This document shows, piece by piece, positions 37,480-47,685 of a DNA stretch of 64,000 nt; the stretch's first letter is position 1; each line of letters begins with the position of its first letter. The position numbers and the translations under genes were made by a program. Source of the stretch: Treponemataceae bacterium (lineage in GTDB: Bacteria > Spirochaetota > Spirochaetia > Treponematales > Rectinemataceae); assembly GCA_963677895.2 (NCBI GenBank), contig CAXXGJ010000002.1, forward strand, positions 96,001-160,000. The letters are read 5' to 3'. Under the pieces are notes generated by a model. It saw only the letters and a list, made by a program, of their open reading frames with translations. It was not told the origin of the DNA and made no database searches.

Positions 37480-38163
37480 TCAAACCTCCTGGGATGGGGA
37501 CCGGGACAGGTCCGACGGCGCCGTCCGCAGCACCTTGTATTCATCGGCGAGGATCGAGGCGAGGCGGCGCGCCGATCCGGTGAAATGGATGGCGTGCATG
37601 CCCATCCGGCGCGCCGCCTCCACGTTCGCGACGGTATCGTCTATGAAAACGCATTCGTCCGGATCCGCCTCGGCCGATGCCAGGCAGCTCCGGTAGATCT
37701 CGGGTTCCGGCTTTATGAGATGCAGGTCGCAGGAGAGGATGATCTCGTCGAAGGGCTCGATCCAGTCGGTTCCGCCCGCGCTTCTGCCGGCGCCGAACAT
37801 ACATTCCTTGCCTTCCTTGTTCATGTTGGAAAGAATAAGAAGGCGGCAGCCTTGTTCCTTCAGCTTTTCTATGATCGCGACCGTCTCGGCGTTGATGTTG
37901 AACCAGCTTTCCTGGTCGAGCCGGATGAGGCGGGGGAGGATGCTTTCGTCGACCCGCGTCCCGAAGCGTCCGGCTACCTTGTTCCAGTACGTCAGGGCGC
38001 TCATGACGCCCCTGTCATATTCTCCCCGGTCGGCGGCGTAAGCCTTGGGGAATTCCTCGGCCGGGGCGCCGATGATGGCGGCCATCTCGTCGGCGAGGTT
38101 TTTTTTCTGGTCGTAGGTTATGACCCGGCCGCAATCGAAGATGACCGTTTTTATAGGTTTCAT
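37480..38163 (-). CDS. HAD family phosphatase
   Basis: VIFDCGRV, ILSN, KPEPEIY, FIDDTVANVEAA. Confidence 0.88.
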   Translation of the reverse strand: MKPIKTVIFDCGRVITYDQKKNLADEMAAIIGAPAEEFPKAYAADRGEYDRGVMSALTYWNKVAGRFGTRVDESILPRLIRLDQESWFNINAETVAIIEKLKEQGCRLLILSNMNKEGKECMFGAGRSAGGTDWIEPFDEIILSCDLHLIKPEPEIYRSCLASAEADPDECVFIDDTVANVEAARRMGMHAIHFTGSARRLASILADEYKVLRTAPSDLSRSPSQEV

Positions 38164-38173
38164 GGCGATGACC

Positions 38174-39880
38174 TCATTCGGCGCGAGGGGAAGGCGCCCC
38201 GGCACTTCCCTTTTCGGGAACCGCGTCCAAGTCCAGCGCGCCACGGACGAGGCGGGAGAGGAGCTTGGGCAGTTCGATAAAGGAATATTCCTTGTGCACG
38301 CGTTCGCCGATCTGGTGATACTCACGGCCCCAGGGGCCAACGTTGATGACGGGACAATCGATCGATACCCGGGATTCCTCGCCTGAGTCGGGATCGGCGA
38401 CGGGGGACTGGCGCTGGACGCAGGCTCTGTCGCCTGCCGAATCGGAGGGGGCGAGGAAGCTCATGTCCGAAATGCCGGGGAAGTAAGGCCGTACCCTTAT
38501 GCTTTTCCCTATCTCCCCCGAAAAGGCCGAGAGTTCCGAGCGAAGCATGGCGATGAACGCGGCGTCCCTTTCCTGGTCGATTTCGGCTCGGGAATAGTAG
38601 GGGGGAGCGAAGCCAATGATGGCCGCGGGGCCTTCCAGCCCGGAGAATGGCAGGAGTTCCTGCACGATGAGAAGCGTCTGCTGGACCCTGTCGTCGGGCT
38701 GCTGGCTCGCCGCGTAGGCGCGCGCCTTTTCGAGAATGCCGGGGCTCAGGCGTTCGGCGAGGCGCGACAGTTCGTCGAAATCGAGAACGATCGGCTGCTT
38801 CGACGGCAGGGCGAAATGGCCCGATACCCTCCGGGAAAGCGTGGAGGCGCGCTCCCTGAGGGAGGAAATGGCGCGGTTCATGGAGTCGGCGGCTATTTTG
38901 CCCATCGCCTCGACGATTTCCTCTGGTCCCCTCGTGTGGCTGAGGACGTTGAGCGCGCAGAAAACGGCCGAAGGCGTCGTCACGTCGTAGGAGGTCCTCG
39001 ATTCCCGGAAATAAAGGATGGTGGGCGGGGGGGCTTCCTCGCCGGGCGCCACCTGGCGTTCCTTGATGGTATCGGGGTTGCATTCCACTTCCCTCGCGAA
39101 TTCCGAGGCGAGGAGCACCGGGTTGATGCCGTCGAAGGGAGCGCCCGCGTGGGTGCATTTCCCCACGAAGTAGACGAAGGGAAGGGTTTTTCCGACTGAG
39201 CCCGTGAAGACCGCTCGGCCCATTTCCCCGCTGTCCTGATCCACTGCCGAATCCAGATTGAAGACGGCGGCGGCTTCCAGACCGCGCTCGGCCAGGTAGT
39301 CCTTCAGCATGGCGGCGGCGGCTTTCATGCCGTGGCTCGAGCCTTCCTCGTCGGCCACCGAGAGAAAGAGAACGTTGCCCGCCCGCTCGAAGGGCGCCGA
39401 AAAGGCCGCCAGGACCGAAATACCAGCGGCCAGGCCGCTCTTCATGTCGAGTATGCCCCGTCCGGCGAGAAATTCCCCCGAAGCGAGGTCTTCTTTCAGC
39501 CGGGAGAGCGGATTGTCCTTGCCGCTGACGTCGGCGAGGGACTCGAGCATTTTGCGCGAAAGGGTTTCGGGATCGAAAGCCCAGGGTTCGAGGGAGCCGT
39601 ACATGGAGGTCTGCACGACATCGTAATGTCCCGTGAGGATGACGCATCGCCTGCCGGAACCTCTGACGAGGGCGAACACATTCGAGCGTTCCTTGGGATC
39701 GCCCGGAATGGGGAGGGCAGCGAGATTGCCGGGATTGTTCCGGAAATAGGGAATCTGTCCAAGCACGGACAGGAGAAAGGCGGGAAAGGCCTTTTCTCCC
39801 GGCGAGTCGGTCACGCTGGCCGTTCTGGCGAGCAGCACGGACAATTCCTGAACACTTTCGAAATTGGGGGATTTCTCCAT
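38174..39880 (-). CDS. M20 family metallopeptidase, RocB-like
   Basis: ILTGHYDVV, GRGILDMKSG, ADEEGSSHGM, YFPGISDMSF, NVGPWGREYH. Confidence 0.85.
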   Translation of the reverse strand: MEKSPNFESVQELSVLLARTASVTDSPGEKAFPAFLLSVLGQIPYFRNNPGNLAALPIPGDPKERSNVFALVRGSGRRCVILTGHYDVVQTSMYGSLEPWAFDPETLSRKMLESLADVSGKDNPLSRLKEDLASGEFLAGRGILDMKSGLAAGISVLAAFSAPFERAGNVLFLSVADEEGSSHGMKAAAAMLKDYLAERGLEAAAVFNLDSAVDQDSGEMGRAVFTGSVGKTLPFVYFVGKCTHAGAPFDGINPVLLASEFAREVECNPDTIKERQVAPGEEAPPPTILYFRESRTSYDVTTPSAVFCALNVLSHTRGPEEIVEAMGKIAADSMNRAISSLRERASTLSRRVSGHFALPSKQPIVLDFDELSRLAERLSPGILEKARAYAASQQPDDRVQQTLLIVQELLPFSGLEGPAAIIGFAPPYYSRAEIDQERDAAFIAMLRSELSAFSGEIGKSIRVRPYFPGISDMSFLAPSDSAGDRACVQRQSPVADPDSGEESRVSIDCPVINVGPWGREYHQIGERVHKEYSFIELPKLLSRLVRGALDLDAVPEKGSAGAPSPRAE

Positions 39881-39940
39881 GGGCAAAATATAACGCAAAG
39901 GCTCATGGAGAAGTAAGGTGTCCGGTCCTCGAGGGGCTAA

Positions 39941-39984
39941 GGAGCGCGCCGGGAATGCCTGACAGAGGGCGCCCGGCGCGCTCC
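39941..39984 (-). terminator. GC-rich hairpin downstream of acyl-CoA synthetase pair
   Basis: ggagcgcgccggg...cccggcgcgctcc inverted repeat; U-tract weak. Confidence 0.45.
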
Positions 39985-39991
39985 CGCGGCC

Positions 39992-41935
39992 TTATAGGTT
40001 GAAGAGCTTTTTAAGCGTCGCGATATTCCTGGGGTTGACCGTCGTCGAACCCTCGTGTTCGTAAGAATAATCGATCAAGTACCGGTATTCGGATTCGACC
40101 TTGCGGCGCACGAGCTTCATCGTCGAATTTATGGTGCCGTCTTCCTCGCTGAACTGCCTGTCGACGATCTGGAACGTGACGGGCACCCAGCTGGGCTGAA
40201 TGAGCGGCGCCCCGCCCTTGTCGTTGAAACGGTAGAATTCATCCTGGAGCGCCTGGCACAGCGCCTCGGCCGTCTTTATCCTTTTTTCGGCGATGAGGGC
40301 CTTCGTCCTGGCGATGTCCAGGCTGACGAGGGCGCAGGGGTATTTCTTATACAGGCACCAGGCCATCATCTGCTCGATGACGCCCGTCGAACCCATGACC
40401 GCGTCCTCTATCGTTTCGGGGCTGTATTTATTGCCCGATTCGGAGACGAGCAGGGCGTTTACGCGGCCTGTCACAGTGATGAAGCCATCCTCGTCCATGA
40501 AACCGAGATCGCCGGTCCAGAGTCGCCCGTCGCGCAGCACCTGGGCCGTCGCTTCAGGATTCTTGTAGTAGCCTTTCATGACGCTGTCGCCGGTGACGGT
40601 GATTTCCCCGACCTGCCCGGCGGGAACCTCGTTGCCGTTCCTGTCCAGTATGGCGCATTTCACCGACGGCATGATTATGCCCATGGTGCCGAATTTCCAG
40701 CGTTCGAGGGTGCTCGTCGAGATGACGGGAGCTGCTTCGGTGAGTCCGTAGCCGGGGAGAAGGTAGACGCCGAGCGCGGTGAAGAATTTCTGCTGCTGGG
40801 GATCGAGCCTGGAGCCTCCGCTGATGCAGAAGATGATGGAGCCGCCGAGGGCTTTCTTCCTGATCGCGCCGAAAAGGAGGGTTTTGGCCAGGAAATAGGG
40901 GAAGAAGGACGATATCCTGTCGCCGAGCGGCGGTTTGTGGCAGCCGTCGCCCATCCATTTGGCCGCGGCTTCGATGCCGTTCATGAAAATCTTCGCGGCG
41001 AGGGGGCCTTTCTGTTCCACGCCGGCTATGATCTTTTTCATGAAATTCACCGTGAGGGCGGGCACCGTGAAGAGGAAGGTGGGCTGGCACTCCTGGAGGT
41101 TCCCGGGAATGTTCCTCAGCATGGCGATGCCGCCGCCGCGCGCGTCCAGGAAATACAGCGCCACGCCGCTCCACAGGGCGGTGAATATCGCCGAGGTATG
41201 GATGAAGGAGTGATCGGTTGGGAGAATGAGCAGGGTCCTGTAGCGGGGCGTGATGAAGCGGATGCTGAGGTCGTGGCTGTTCGTCCAGAAATTGAGGTGC
41301 GTGAGCATTACGCCCTTGGGGTTGCCCGTCGTTCCCGACGTGTAGGAAATCGTCGCCACCGTGTCTTCCGTCACGGCTTCCGCTATGGCGTCGAGCCTGG
41401 CGGGGAGTGTGCCCGCCGGATCGGCGAGCGCCGCTCGTCCCGCCGCCAAGGCCTGGGAAAAGCCCACGAAGCGTCCGTCCTCGAGGCCGGCCTTCGAGGC
41501 CTGCGCCCTTCCCCAGTCGAGGTCCTCATCCAGGTAGACGAGGGTGATGGGGGCGCCCGCGCGCCGCGTCAGCACGCCGAGGACGCCGGCGAGGTAGTTG
41601 TGGGTGGTGAGGATGAGCTTGGCCCCGGAATGATCCAGGCGGAAGAGGATCTCGTCGGGCGTCAGCTTGACCGAGAGCGGTATCGATATGAGGCCCGCGT
41701 AGAAGCCGCCGAATTCGCCTTCGAGCCATTCGGGGCTGCCTTCGCTCAGGATGGCGATCTTGTCGTCGAGGCCGAAGCCCGAGGTGAGGAGCCATGAGGC
41801 AAAAGCCCTTGAGGCGTCGCGCACTTCCGAAAAACTCGAGGGTTTGAAGTCTTCGTTGGTTTTTCGGAGGGCGTAGGGCTCCGCTGGCCAGGTTATAGCC
41901 GCATTGTCGATCATCGCGAGGACGGTTTTTTTCAT
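39992..41935 (-). CDS. Long-chain acyl-CoA synthetase (AMP-binding), paralog 2
   Basis: YTSGTTGNPKG, GYGLTE, VMKGYY, TGDLG. Confidence 0.9.
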   Translation of the reverse strand: MKKTVLAMIDNAAITWPAEPYALRKTNEDFKPSSFSEVRDASRAFASWLLTSGFGLDDKIAILSEGSPEWLEGEFGGFYAGLISIPLSVKLTPDEILFRLDHSGAKLILTTHNYLAGVLGVLTRRAGAPITLVYLDEDLDWGRAQASKAGLEDGRFVGFSQALAAGRAALADPAGTLPARLDAIAEAVTEDTVATISYTSGTTGNPKGVMLTHLNFWTNSHDLSIRFITPRYRTLLILPTDHSFIHTSAIFTALWSGVALYFLDARGGGIAMLRNIPGNLQECQPTFLFTVPALTVNFMKKIIAGVEQKGPLAAKIFMNGIEAAAKWMGDGCHKPPLGDRISSFFPYFLAKTLLFGAIRKKALGGSIIFCISGGSRLDPQQQKFFTALGVYLLPGYGLTEAAPVISTSTLERWKFGTMGIIMPSVKCAILDRNGNEVPAGQVGEITVTGDSVMKGYYKNPEATAQVLRDGRLWTGDLGFMDEDGFITVTGRVNALLVSESGNKYSPETIEDAVMGSTGVIEQMMAWCLYKKYPCALVSLDIARTKALIAEKRIKTAEALCQALQDEFYRFNDKGGAPLIQPSWVPVTFQIVDRQFSEEDGTINSTMKLVRRKVESEYRYLIDYSYEHEGSTTVNPRNIATLKKLFNL

Positions 41936-41972
41936 AATTTTTTACTCCTTGCCGTGGCTTTCGCCATCCGGT

Positions 41973-43922
41973 TCATGAAAGTTTAAATAAAGTCTTCAGC
42001 GTCTCGATATTTCTTTCGTTGACCGTGAGGGATCCTTCCTTCGTATAGGAATAATCCAGCAGATCCTTGTAGACCTGCGATACCTTGAAGCGGACGATTT
42101 TCATGGTCGAGTTGACCGTGCCGTCCTTTTCGCCCAGCGCCGCGGGCAGTATCTGGAAGGCGGCGGGAACCCATGCCCTCTGCACTTTCTTGGCCTTGGG
42201 ATCGTTCTGGAAGGCGTAAAATTCGACGTTGAGCGATTCGCAAAGTTCCTTGGCCGTCTTTATGCCCTTGTCCTTGATAAATCGCTCAACTTTGGCCGCG
42301 TCGAGGGCGACGAGGGCGCAGGAGTACTTTTTATGGTCGCACCAGACCATGACCTGATCGATGAGGTCGGTGGAGGTGATGACGGCTTCCTCGATTTCCT
42401 CCGGGCTGTATTTCTCGCCGTCCTCGAAGATGAGGAGGGCTTTTTCGCGCCCGACCACGACGAGGAAGTCGTCTTCGTCCATGTAGCCCAGGTCCCCGGT
42501 CCACAGGCTGCCTTCGCGCAGCGCCTGGGCACTGGCCTCCGGATTCTTGAAGTAGCCTTTCATGACGTTTTCGCCGGTGATGACGATTTCGCCCGTGGTG
42601 CCGCGGGGCGCCTCGGTTCCGTCGGCCAGCATTATGCGGCACTTGAGCGACGGCGCGAGGATGCCTGAGGAACCGAACTTGTGGCGGGCTGGGACGTTGG
42701 CGGAGATGATGGGCGCGGCTTCCGTGAGGCCGTAGCCTTGGAAGACGGGGCAGCCCAGGGCGGCGAAGAATTCCTGCTGCTTCACGTCGAGGAGGGCGCC
42801 GCCGCCGACGCAGAAGAGGATCGAGTCGCCGAACACCGCTTTCTTGATCTTGTTGAAGACCAGGGCTTTAGCGAAGAAGTAGGGGAGGAAGGCTCCCGCT
42901 CTCGTGCCGAATCCGGGCTTGGCGAAACCGTCGCCGTTCCAGCGGATGCCCGCGGCGATCCCGGTCTTGAAGATTTTCTCTATGATGCCGCCCTTCTCCT
43001 CCATGGCCGCGATGATTTTCTTCATGAAGTTGCCGGACAGCGCCGGCACGGTGAAGAGGAAGGTGGGATTCACTTCCTTGAGGTTGAGGGGGATATTGCG
43101 CAGGGTGGCGATGCCGCCGCCGCGGGAATCGACGAAATAGAGGGCGATGCCGCGCACGAGGGCTGTGTAGATGCCTACGGTATGGGCGAAGGAGTGGTCG
43201 ACGGGAAGGATGAGGAGGGTCCGGTAGTGGGGGGGAAGCTCGAACATCTCTATGGCGTCGTGGCAGTTGCTCCAGTAGTTGAGGTGGGTGAGCATGATGC
43301 CCTTGGGGTTGCCGGTGGTGCCCGAGGTATAGGAAATCGTGATGACATCGTCCTCTTCGGTGCCGGCGTCAATCGCGTCGAGCCTGGCGGCCATTTCGGA
43401 TCCCCGCGCTTCGATGAGCTTCCGCCCTTCTTCCTCGGCCTGGGTGAATCCGATGAAGCGGTCGCCCGCTATGCCGTGTTTTTCGGCTTGGGCCCTGCCC
43501 CAGTCGGTATCCTCGTCGAGATAGACGAGCCTGATGGTCTCGCTGTCGGCCGAGTCCAGGGCGGAGAGCACCTTTTCCAGCTGGTTATGGGTGGTGAGGA
43601 AGCCTTTGGCCTCGGAATGATTGAGTCTGAAGGGGATTTCCTCGGCGAGCAGCTTGATGGAAAGAGGAACGGAAACGATGCCCGCGCACATGAGGCCATA
43701 CTCGCCGCAGATCCATTCGGGGCTGCCTTCCCCCAGGATGGCCATGGTGTCGCCTTTTCCGTAACCCTGAGAAATGAGCCAGGCGCCGAATCGGCGGGAT
43801 CTTTCGCGCGCCTGGGAGAAGGTGGTCGGCGCGTAGCCATTGTCGGTTTTTCTGAGCGCGTAAGGATCGTTTGCCCATTCCTTGGCGGCTTCATCGAGCA
43901 TGCGGAAGACTGTCCGTTTCAT
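41973..43922 (-). CDS. Long-chain acyl-CoA synthetase (AMP-binding), paralog 1
   Basis: YTSGTTGNPKG, QGYGLTE, TGDLG, GREK; SD aggag before ATG 43922. Confidence 0.9.
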   Translation of the reverse strand: MKRTVFRMLDEAAKEWANDPYALRKTDNGYAPTTFSQARERSRRFGAWLISQGYGKGDTMAILGEGSPEWICGEYGLMCAGIVSVPLSIKLLAEEIPFRLNHSEAKGFLTTHNQLEKVLSALDSADSETIRLVYLDEDTDWGRAQAEKHGIAGDRFIGFTQAEEEGRKLIEARGSEMAARLDAIDAGTEEDDVITISYTSGTTGNPKGIMLTHLNYWSNCHDAIEMFELPPHYRTLLILPVDHSFAHTVGIYTALVRGIALYFVDSRGGGIATLRNIPLNLKEVNPTFLFTVPALSGNFMKKIIAAMEEKGGIIEKIFKTGIAAGIRWNGDGFAKPGFGTRAGAFLPYFFAKALVFNKIKKAVFGDSILFCVGGGALLDVKQQEFFAALGCPVFQGYGLTEAAPIISANVPARHKFGSSGILAPSLKCRIMLADGTEAPRGTTGEIVITGENVMKGYFKNPEASAQALREGSLWTGDLGYMDEDDFLVVVGREKALLIFEDGEKYSPEEIEEAVITSTDLIDQVMVWCDHKKYSCALVALDAAKVERFIKDKGIKTAKELCESLNVEFYAFQNDPKAKKVQRAWVPAAFQILPAALGEKDGTVNSTMKIVRFKVSQVYKDLLDYSYTKEGSLTVNERNIETLKTLFKLS

Positions 43923-44065
43923 TTTTCTCTCCTGAATTGCCACGCCGATAGAAATGCCCAGGGAATATCGATCCGCGCGGTTCCTAACCGTAGCACGAAG
44001 CGGGAATACGGTAAAGCGCATAATGTCGTCGTTGCTGAAACACGAAAAATTCTTGGCTTTTTTGA

Positions 44066-44094
44066 TTGACACGATCCGCCTTGTGATGGACAAT
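44066..44094 (+). promoter_or_regulatory. Sigma70-type promoter of the DUF6305-deacylase-ggt operon
   Basis: TTGACA-17 nt-GACAAT with TG extension. Confidence 0.6.
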
Positions 44095-44241
44095 CTTTTG
44101 AACTGATTCAGTATTGTATTGCGCCGCTTCCAACGAGGCCAACGTACGTACAAGTTCCGGAATAGAACACGCGTCGCTCATATCGGGGGTATCTTCACAA
44201 ACATCGCTCCGAATGGCGGCGCAACCTAAGGAAGGTTTTTC

Positions 44242-44793
44242 ATGAAACGAATCGCACTTATCTGCGCCCTCTTCGTCGCAGTCCTCGGCTCGGCCTTCGC
44301 TCAACAGACCACGGCATTCGCCGGAAAGCCCGCCGTGCTCACCGCCATCGGCCAGAGCGCCGATTTCGAGATGGTCAAGGTTCTGTTGACGAGGAACAAG
44401 ATATCCTTCAAGGCCGACACCCTGGTCAAGGCCGAAGGTCTCGACGGTTCGGCCCAGACGCTGATTCTCGTAGTCGGCGCCAGCTCGAAGGGTCTTGGAG
44501 CCGCGGGCATCAGCGCCGAGGCGGAGCTCGCGAGGACCAAGGCTCTCCTCAAGCGCGCCAAGGAATTGAAGATGAGCATCATCACCGTCCACGTCGGCGG
44601 CGCGGCCCGCAGAGGCGCCATGTCCGAGAGCTTGATTGAGCCGTGCATGGCTTCTTCCGACTACGCCATCGTCGTGGCGTCCGGCAACGAGGATGGCTTC
44701 TTCACGAAATTGGCCGCTAAGGCCAACATAGCGCTGACGTCGGTCGAGCGCATCTCAGCGGTCGGCGCCCCCCTGGCTGCGGCATTCAAATAA
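44242..44793 (+). CDS. Exported DUF6305-like protein
   Basis: Signal peptide; TAIGQSAD, GASSKGLGAAG, HVGGAARRG, GNEDGFF. Confidence 0.7.
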   Translation: MKRIALICALFVAVLGSAFAQQTTAFAGKPAVLTAIGQSADFEMVKVLLTRNKISFKADTLVKAEGLDGSAQTLILVVGASSKGLGAAGISAEAELARTKALLKRAKELKMSIITVHVGGAARRGAMSESLIEPCMASSDYAIVVASGNEDGFFTKLAAKANIALTSVERISAVGAPLAAAFK

Positions 44794-44803
44794 AGAGATA
44801 CGT

Positions 44804-45901
44804 ATGCTGAAACGTTTTTCGATCGCCCTGGCAGCGGCCTTGGTCTGTTTGAGCGCGATCGGCGCCCAGACCTCGACGGCCCAGGATCTCCATGGCCGCT
44901 ACCTCATAAACCACGATTATCGTCCGTCCTCCTCGCTGACGAAGACGGGCTGGCTGTCCGATTATTATCCCGAGCTTCTCGGCAGCCCCGGAGACAGCAA
45001 GGTCTATTTCTTCGAGGGAAAGACCCCCGGCGGCACCCTGTTTGTAGGCGGCGGAACCCACGCCAACGAGATCGCGGGCATCATGGCCGCGGTGACGATG
45101 CTCGAGACAGTGAAAATCGAGGTCGGGAGAGTCATCGTCGTTCCTAACCTGAATAACTCCGGCGTATCGAATCAGGAGAAGGAACCCACCATGCCCGCCT
45201 ATACCTCCCGCGGACCTTCCTGGATCGCCCTCGACACGCCAAGCGGACGGAGGTTTTTCAAGTACGGCTCCAGAGCCACCAGCAGCGCCCAGCAGGGCGT
45301 TCCCGACCCCGTCGGCGGCTACGTGCATCCCGACAGCAAGGAAGCCCCGCTCGCGGCCTGGGAATTCAGGAACCTCAACCGCTCCTATCCCGGCCGCACC
45401 GATTCCGGCCTGACGCAGAAGATAGCCTACGCCATCATGGCCCTTCTCAAGAAGGAGAAAGTCGATGTCGCCTTCGATTACCACGAGGCCGACGTGGGCG
45501 GCCGCCTGGCGAACATGATGGTAGCCAATCCCAAGAACCTCGATATCGCCGCCGCCGCGGTGGTCAACGTGGACCTGGACTACGGTTTCACGTTCAAGCT
45601 GGAACCTTCCAATATGGAATTCCGCGGGCTTTCCCACAGGGAATGGGGCGCCTGGACCGACGCGGCTTCCTTCCTGACCGAGACACCCAATCCTGCCATG
45701 GCGCACGAAGCCGACGACGGAGCCGACGTCGTCAACGACCCCAAAAATCCTCTCGCCTTGAGGGTGGCAACCCACCTGATAGCGACCGAGGCCGTCGTCA
45801 ACGTATTCAGCGAAGCGCATCCCGAAAAGAGCATCGTGTTCTCTGGCCTCCCCGCCTACGAGGATCTGCTCAAGAACGGGGTAGGACGCTATCTCAAGTA
45901 A
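44804..45901 (+). CDS. Exported succinylglutamate desuccinylase/aspartoacylase (M14-like) family protein
   Basis: Signal peptide; GGTHANE, NLNRSYPG, DYHE, LTET. Confidence 0.85.
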   Translation: MLKRFSIALAAALVCLSAIGAQTSTAQDLHGRYLINHDYRPSSSLTKTGWLSDYYPELLGSPGDSKVYFFEGKTPGGTLFVGGGTHANEIAGIMAAVTMLETVKIEVGRVIVVPNLNNSGVSNQEKEPTMPAYTSRGPSWIALDTPSGRRFFKYGSRATSSAQQGVPDPVGGYVHPDSKEAPLAAWEFRNLNRSYPGRTDSGLTQKIAYAIMALLKKEKVDVAFDYHEADVGGRLANMMVANPKNLDIAAAAVVNVDLDYGFTFKLEPSNMEFRGLSHREWGAWTDAASFLTETPNPAMAHEADDGADVVNDPKNPLALRVATHLIATEAVVNVFSEAHPEKSIVFSGLPAYEDLLKNGVGRYLK

Positions 45902-45985
45902 AGGTCGAATCGCGAGCCGGCTTCTTTGGGGTCGGCTGATAGGCGGCGCATGGTTCGTCGCCCAGTTATTTCAGGAGGAGTCCAT

Positions 45986-47653
45986 ATGAAGATGAAAAGA
46001 AGCTTTATGTCGATAGCGCTCATCGCGCTATTGCTTTCAGGCAGCCTCGGAACGGCATTCGCCCAGAAAGCCGCCACCGTCATCCCCGAAGTCGTATCCA
46101 GCACGGGCATGGTCGCCGCGGCTCATCCGCTCGCTTCGCAGGCCGGTCTCGATATACTCAAAGCAGGCGGCAACGCCGTCGACGCCGTCGTGGCGACAGC
46201 CTTCGCCAACGGCGTTGTCGAACCCAACGCCAACGGTATCGGCGGGGAAGGCTATGTCGTCATCTATATGAAAGGAACCAACAAAGCGACTTCGATCGAC
46301 TATCGCAGCCGGGCTTCGTTCAACAAGGCGGCTGAAGGCGAAAAATGGCCCGCCGCGGGACACAGGGGCGTCGCCGTTCCCGGGACGGTAGCCGGACTCG
46401 CCTTGGCCTTGGAGAAATACGGAACGATGAGCCTCGCCCAGGTTCTCGAACCGGCCATCAAGCTGGCCGAGGAAGGCTTTGTCGTCAGCCCGACCCTCGC
46501 GGGCGTAATCTCCGACAACTACACGCGCGCTATGCCCAACAAATACCTGATGTCCATCATCGCCCCCGACGGCCTGCCCCTCGAAGCCGGCGACACCTAC
46601 AAGAACCCCGACCTCGCCAAGAGCCTGAGGCTTATCGCCAAGGAAGGCCCCGACGCTTTCTATAAGGGAGAAATCGCCAAGGCCATCGCGGCCGACATGA
46701 AGGCGAACAACGGACTCATCGACGAGAACGACCTGGCCCAGTACAAAGCCATCGAGCGCGAACCCGCCAGCGGCACCTACCGCGGCTACGACATCGTTTC
46801 GGCGCCGGCCCCCGTCGGAGGCTTCCTCCTCATCGAATCGCTGAACATGCTCGAAAACTACAACCTCAAGTTCCTGGGCTTCGATTCGGCCATGAAGCTT
46901 CACCTCTTCGCTGAGGTGCTGGCCAGGGCCTTTGACGACTACTACGACGTGCTCGGCGATCCCGACTATGTCGATGTTCCCATGAAAGCCCTGACCTCGA
47001 AGGGATACGCCAATGCCAAGGCCGCTTCCATCAAGCTGGACGCCATGACCACCAAATACGACAAGATCAATCCCAACAGCGAGCATTGGAGCACCACGCA
47101 CATGTCGGTGGTCGACAAGGACGGCAACGTGGTCGCCCTCACCCAGACCCTGTCCAGTTTCTACGGCGCCGCCGTGGCCGTTCCCGGCACGGGCGTCATC
47201 CTCAACAACGAGATGGGCAACTTCAACGGCAAGAAAGGCTCTTCGGCCTACATGCCTGGCAAGCGCATGAACACGACCATCGCCCCGACCCTCATCATGA
47301 AAGATGGCAAGTCCTTCGCGACGCTCGGAACCCCGGGAGCCATGAGGATCATCCCGACCCTGACCCAGATTGTCACCAACCTGATCGACTACGGCATGGG
47401 CATGCAGGAAGCCATCGAGGCTCCGCGCATGTACTGCACCTACCTCCAGGGCCCCGGCAAGACGACGATGGAACTGGAAGGCACGCTCTTCTCGGCCAAA
47501 ACCTCGGCCGACCTTGCCCTCCTCGGATACAAGGTAAAGAGCTACGATGGGCGCGACCTCTACTTCGGCGGCGTGCAGGGCATCATCATAAAGGATGGCA
47601 AACTGTACGGCGGAGCCGATCCCCGCAGAGACGGCGCCGTCTTCGGATACTGA
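45986..47653 (+). CDS. ggt: Gamma-glutamyltransferase
   Basis: GGNAVDA, GIGGEG, VAVPGT, TTHMSVVD (catalytic Thr), LNNEM, GTPGA, GGADPRRDG. Confidence 0.95.
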   Translation: MKMKRSFMSIALIALLLSGSLGTAFAQKAATVIPEVVSSTGMVAAAHPLASQAGLDILKAGGNAVDAVVATAFANGVVEPNANGIGGEGYVVIYMKGTNKATSIDYRSRASFNKAAEGEKWPAAGHRGVAVPGTVAGLALALEKYGTMSLAQVLEPAIKLAEEGFVVSPTLAGVISDNYTRAMPNKYLMSIIAPDGLPLEAGDTYKNPDLAKSLRLIAKEGPDAFYKGEIAKAIAADMKANNGLIDENDLAQYKAIEREPASGTYRGYDIVSAPAPVGGFLLIESLNMLENYNLKFLGFDSAMKLHLFAEVLARAFDDYYDVLGDPDYVDVPMKALTSKGYANAKAASIKLDAMTTKYDKINPNSEHWSTTHMSVVDKDGNVVALTQTLSSFYGAAVAVPGTGVILNNEMGNFNGKKGSSAYMPGKRMNTTIAPTLIMKDGKSFATLGTPGAMRIIPTLTQIVTNLIDYGMGMQEAIEAPRMYCTYLQGPGKTTMELEGTLFSAKTSADLALLGYKVKSYDGRDLYFGGVQGIIIKDGKLYGGADPRRDGAVFGY

Positions 47654-47685
47654 TCGCCCACGGGTGATCGATTCGTTTTACATCG

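Noticed and set aside
40055..44069. Long antisense ORFs (e.g. 580 aa and 462 aa) opposite the acyl-CoA synthetases, and similar ones elsewhere
   Set aside because: Shadow frames expected from high GC3 codon bias; no recognisable motifs.
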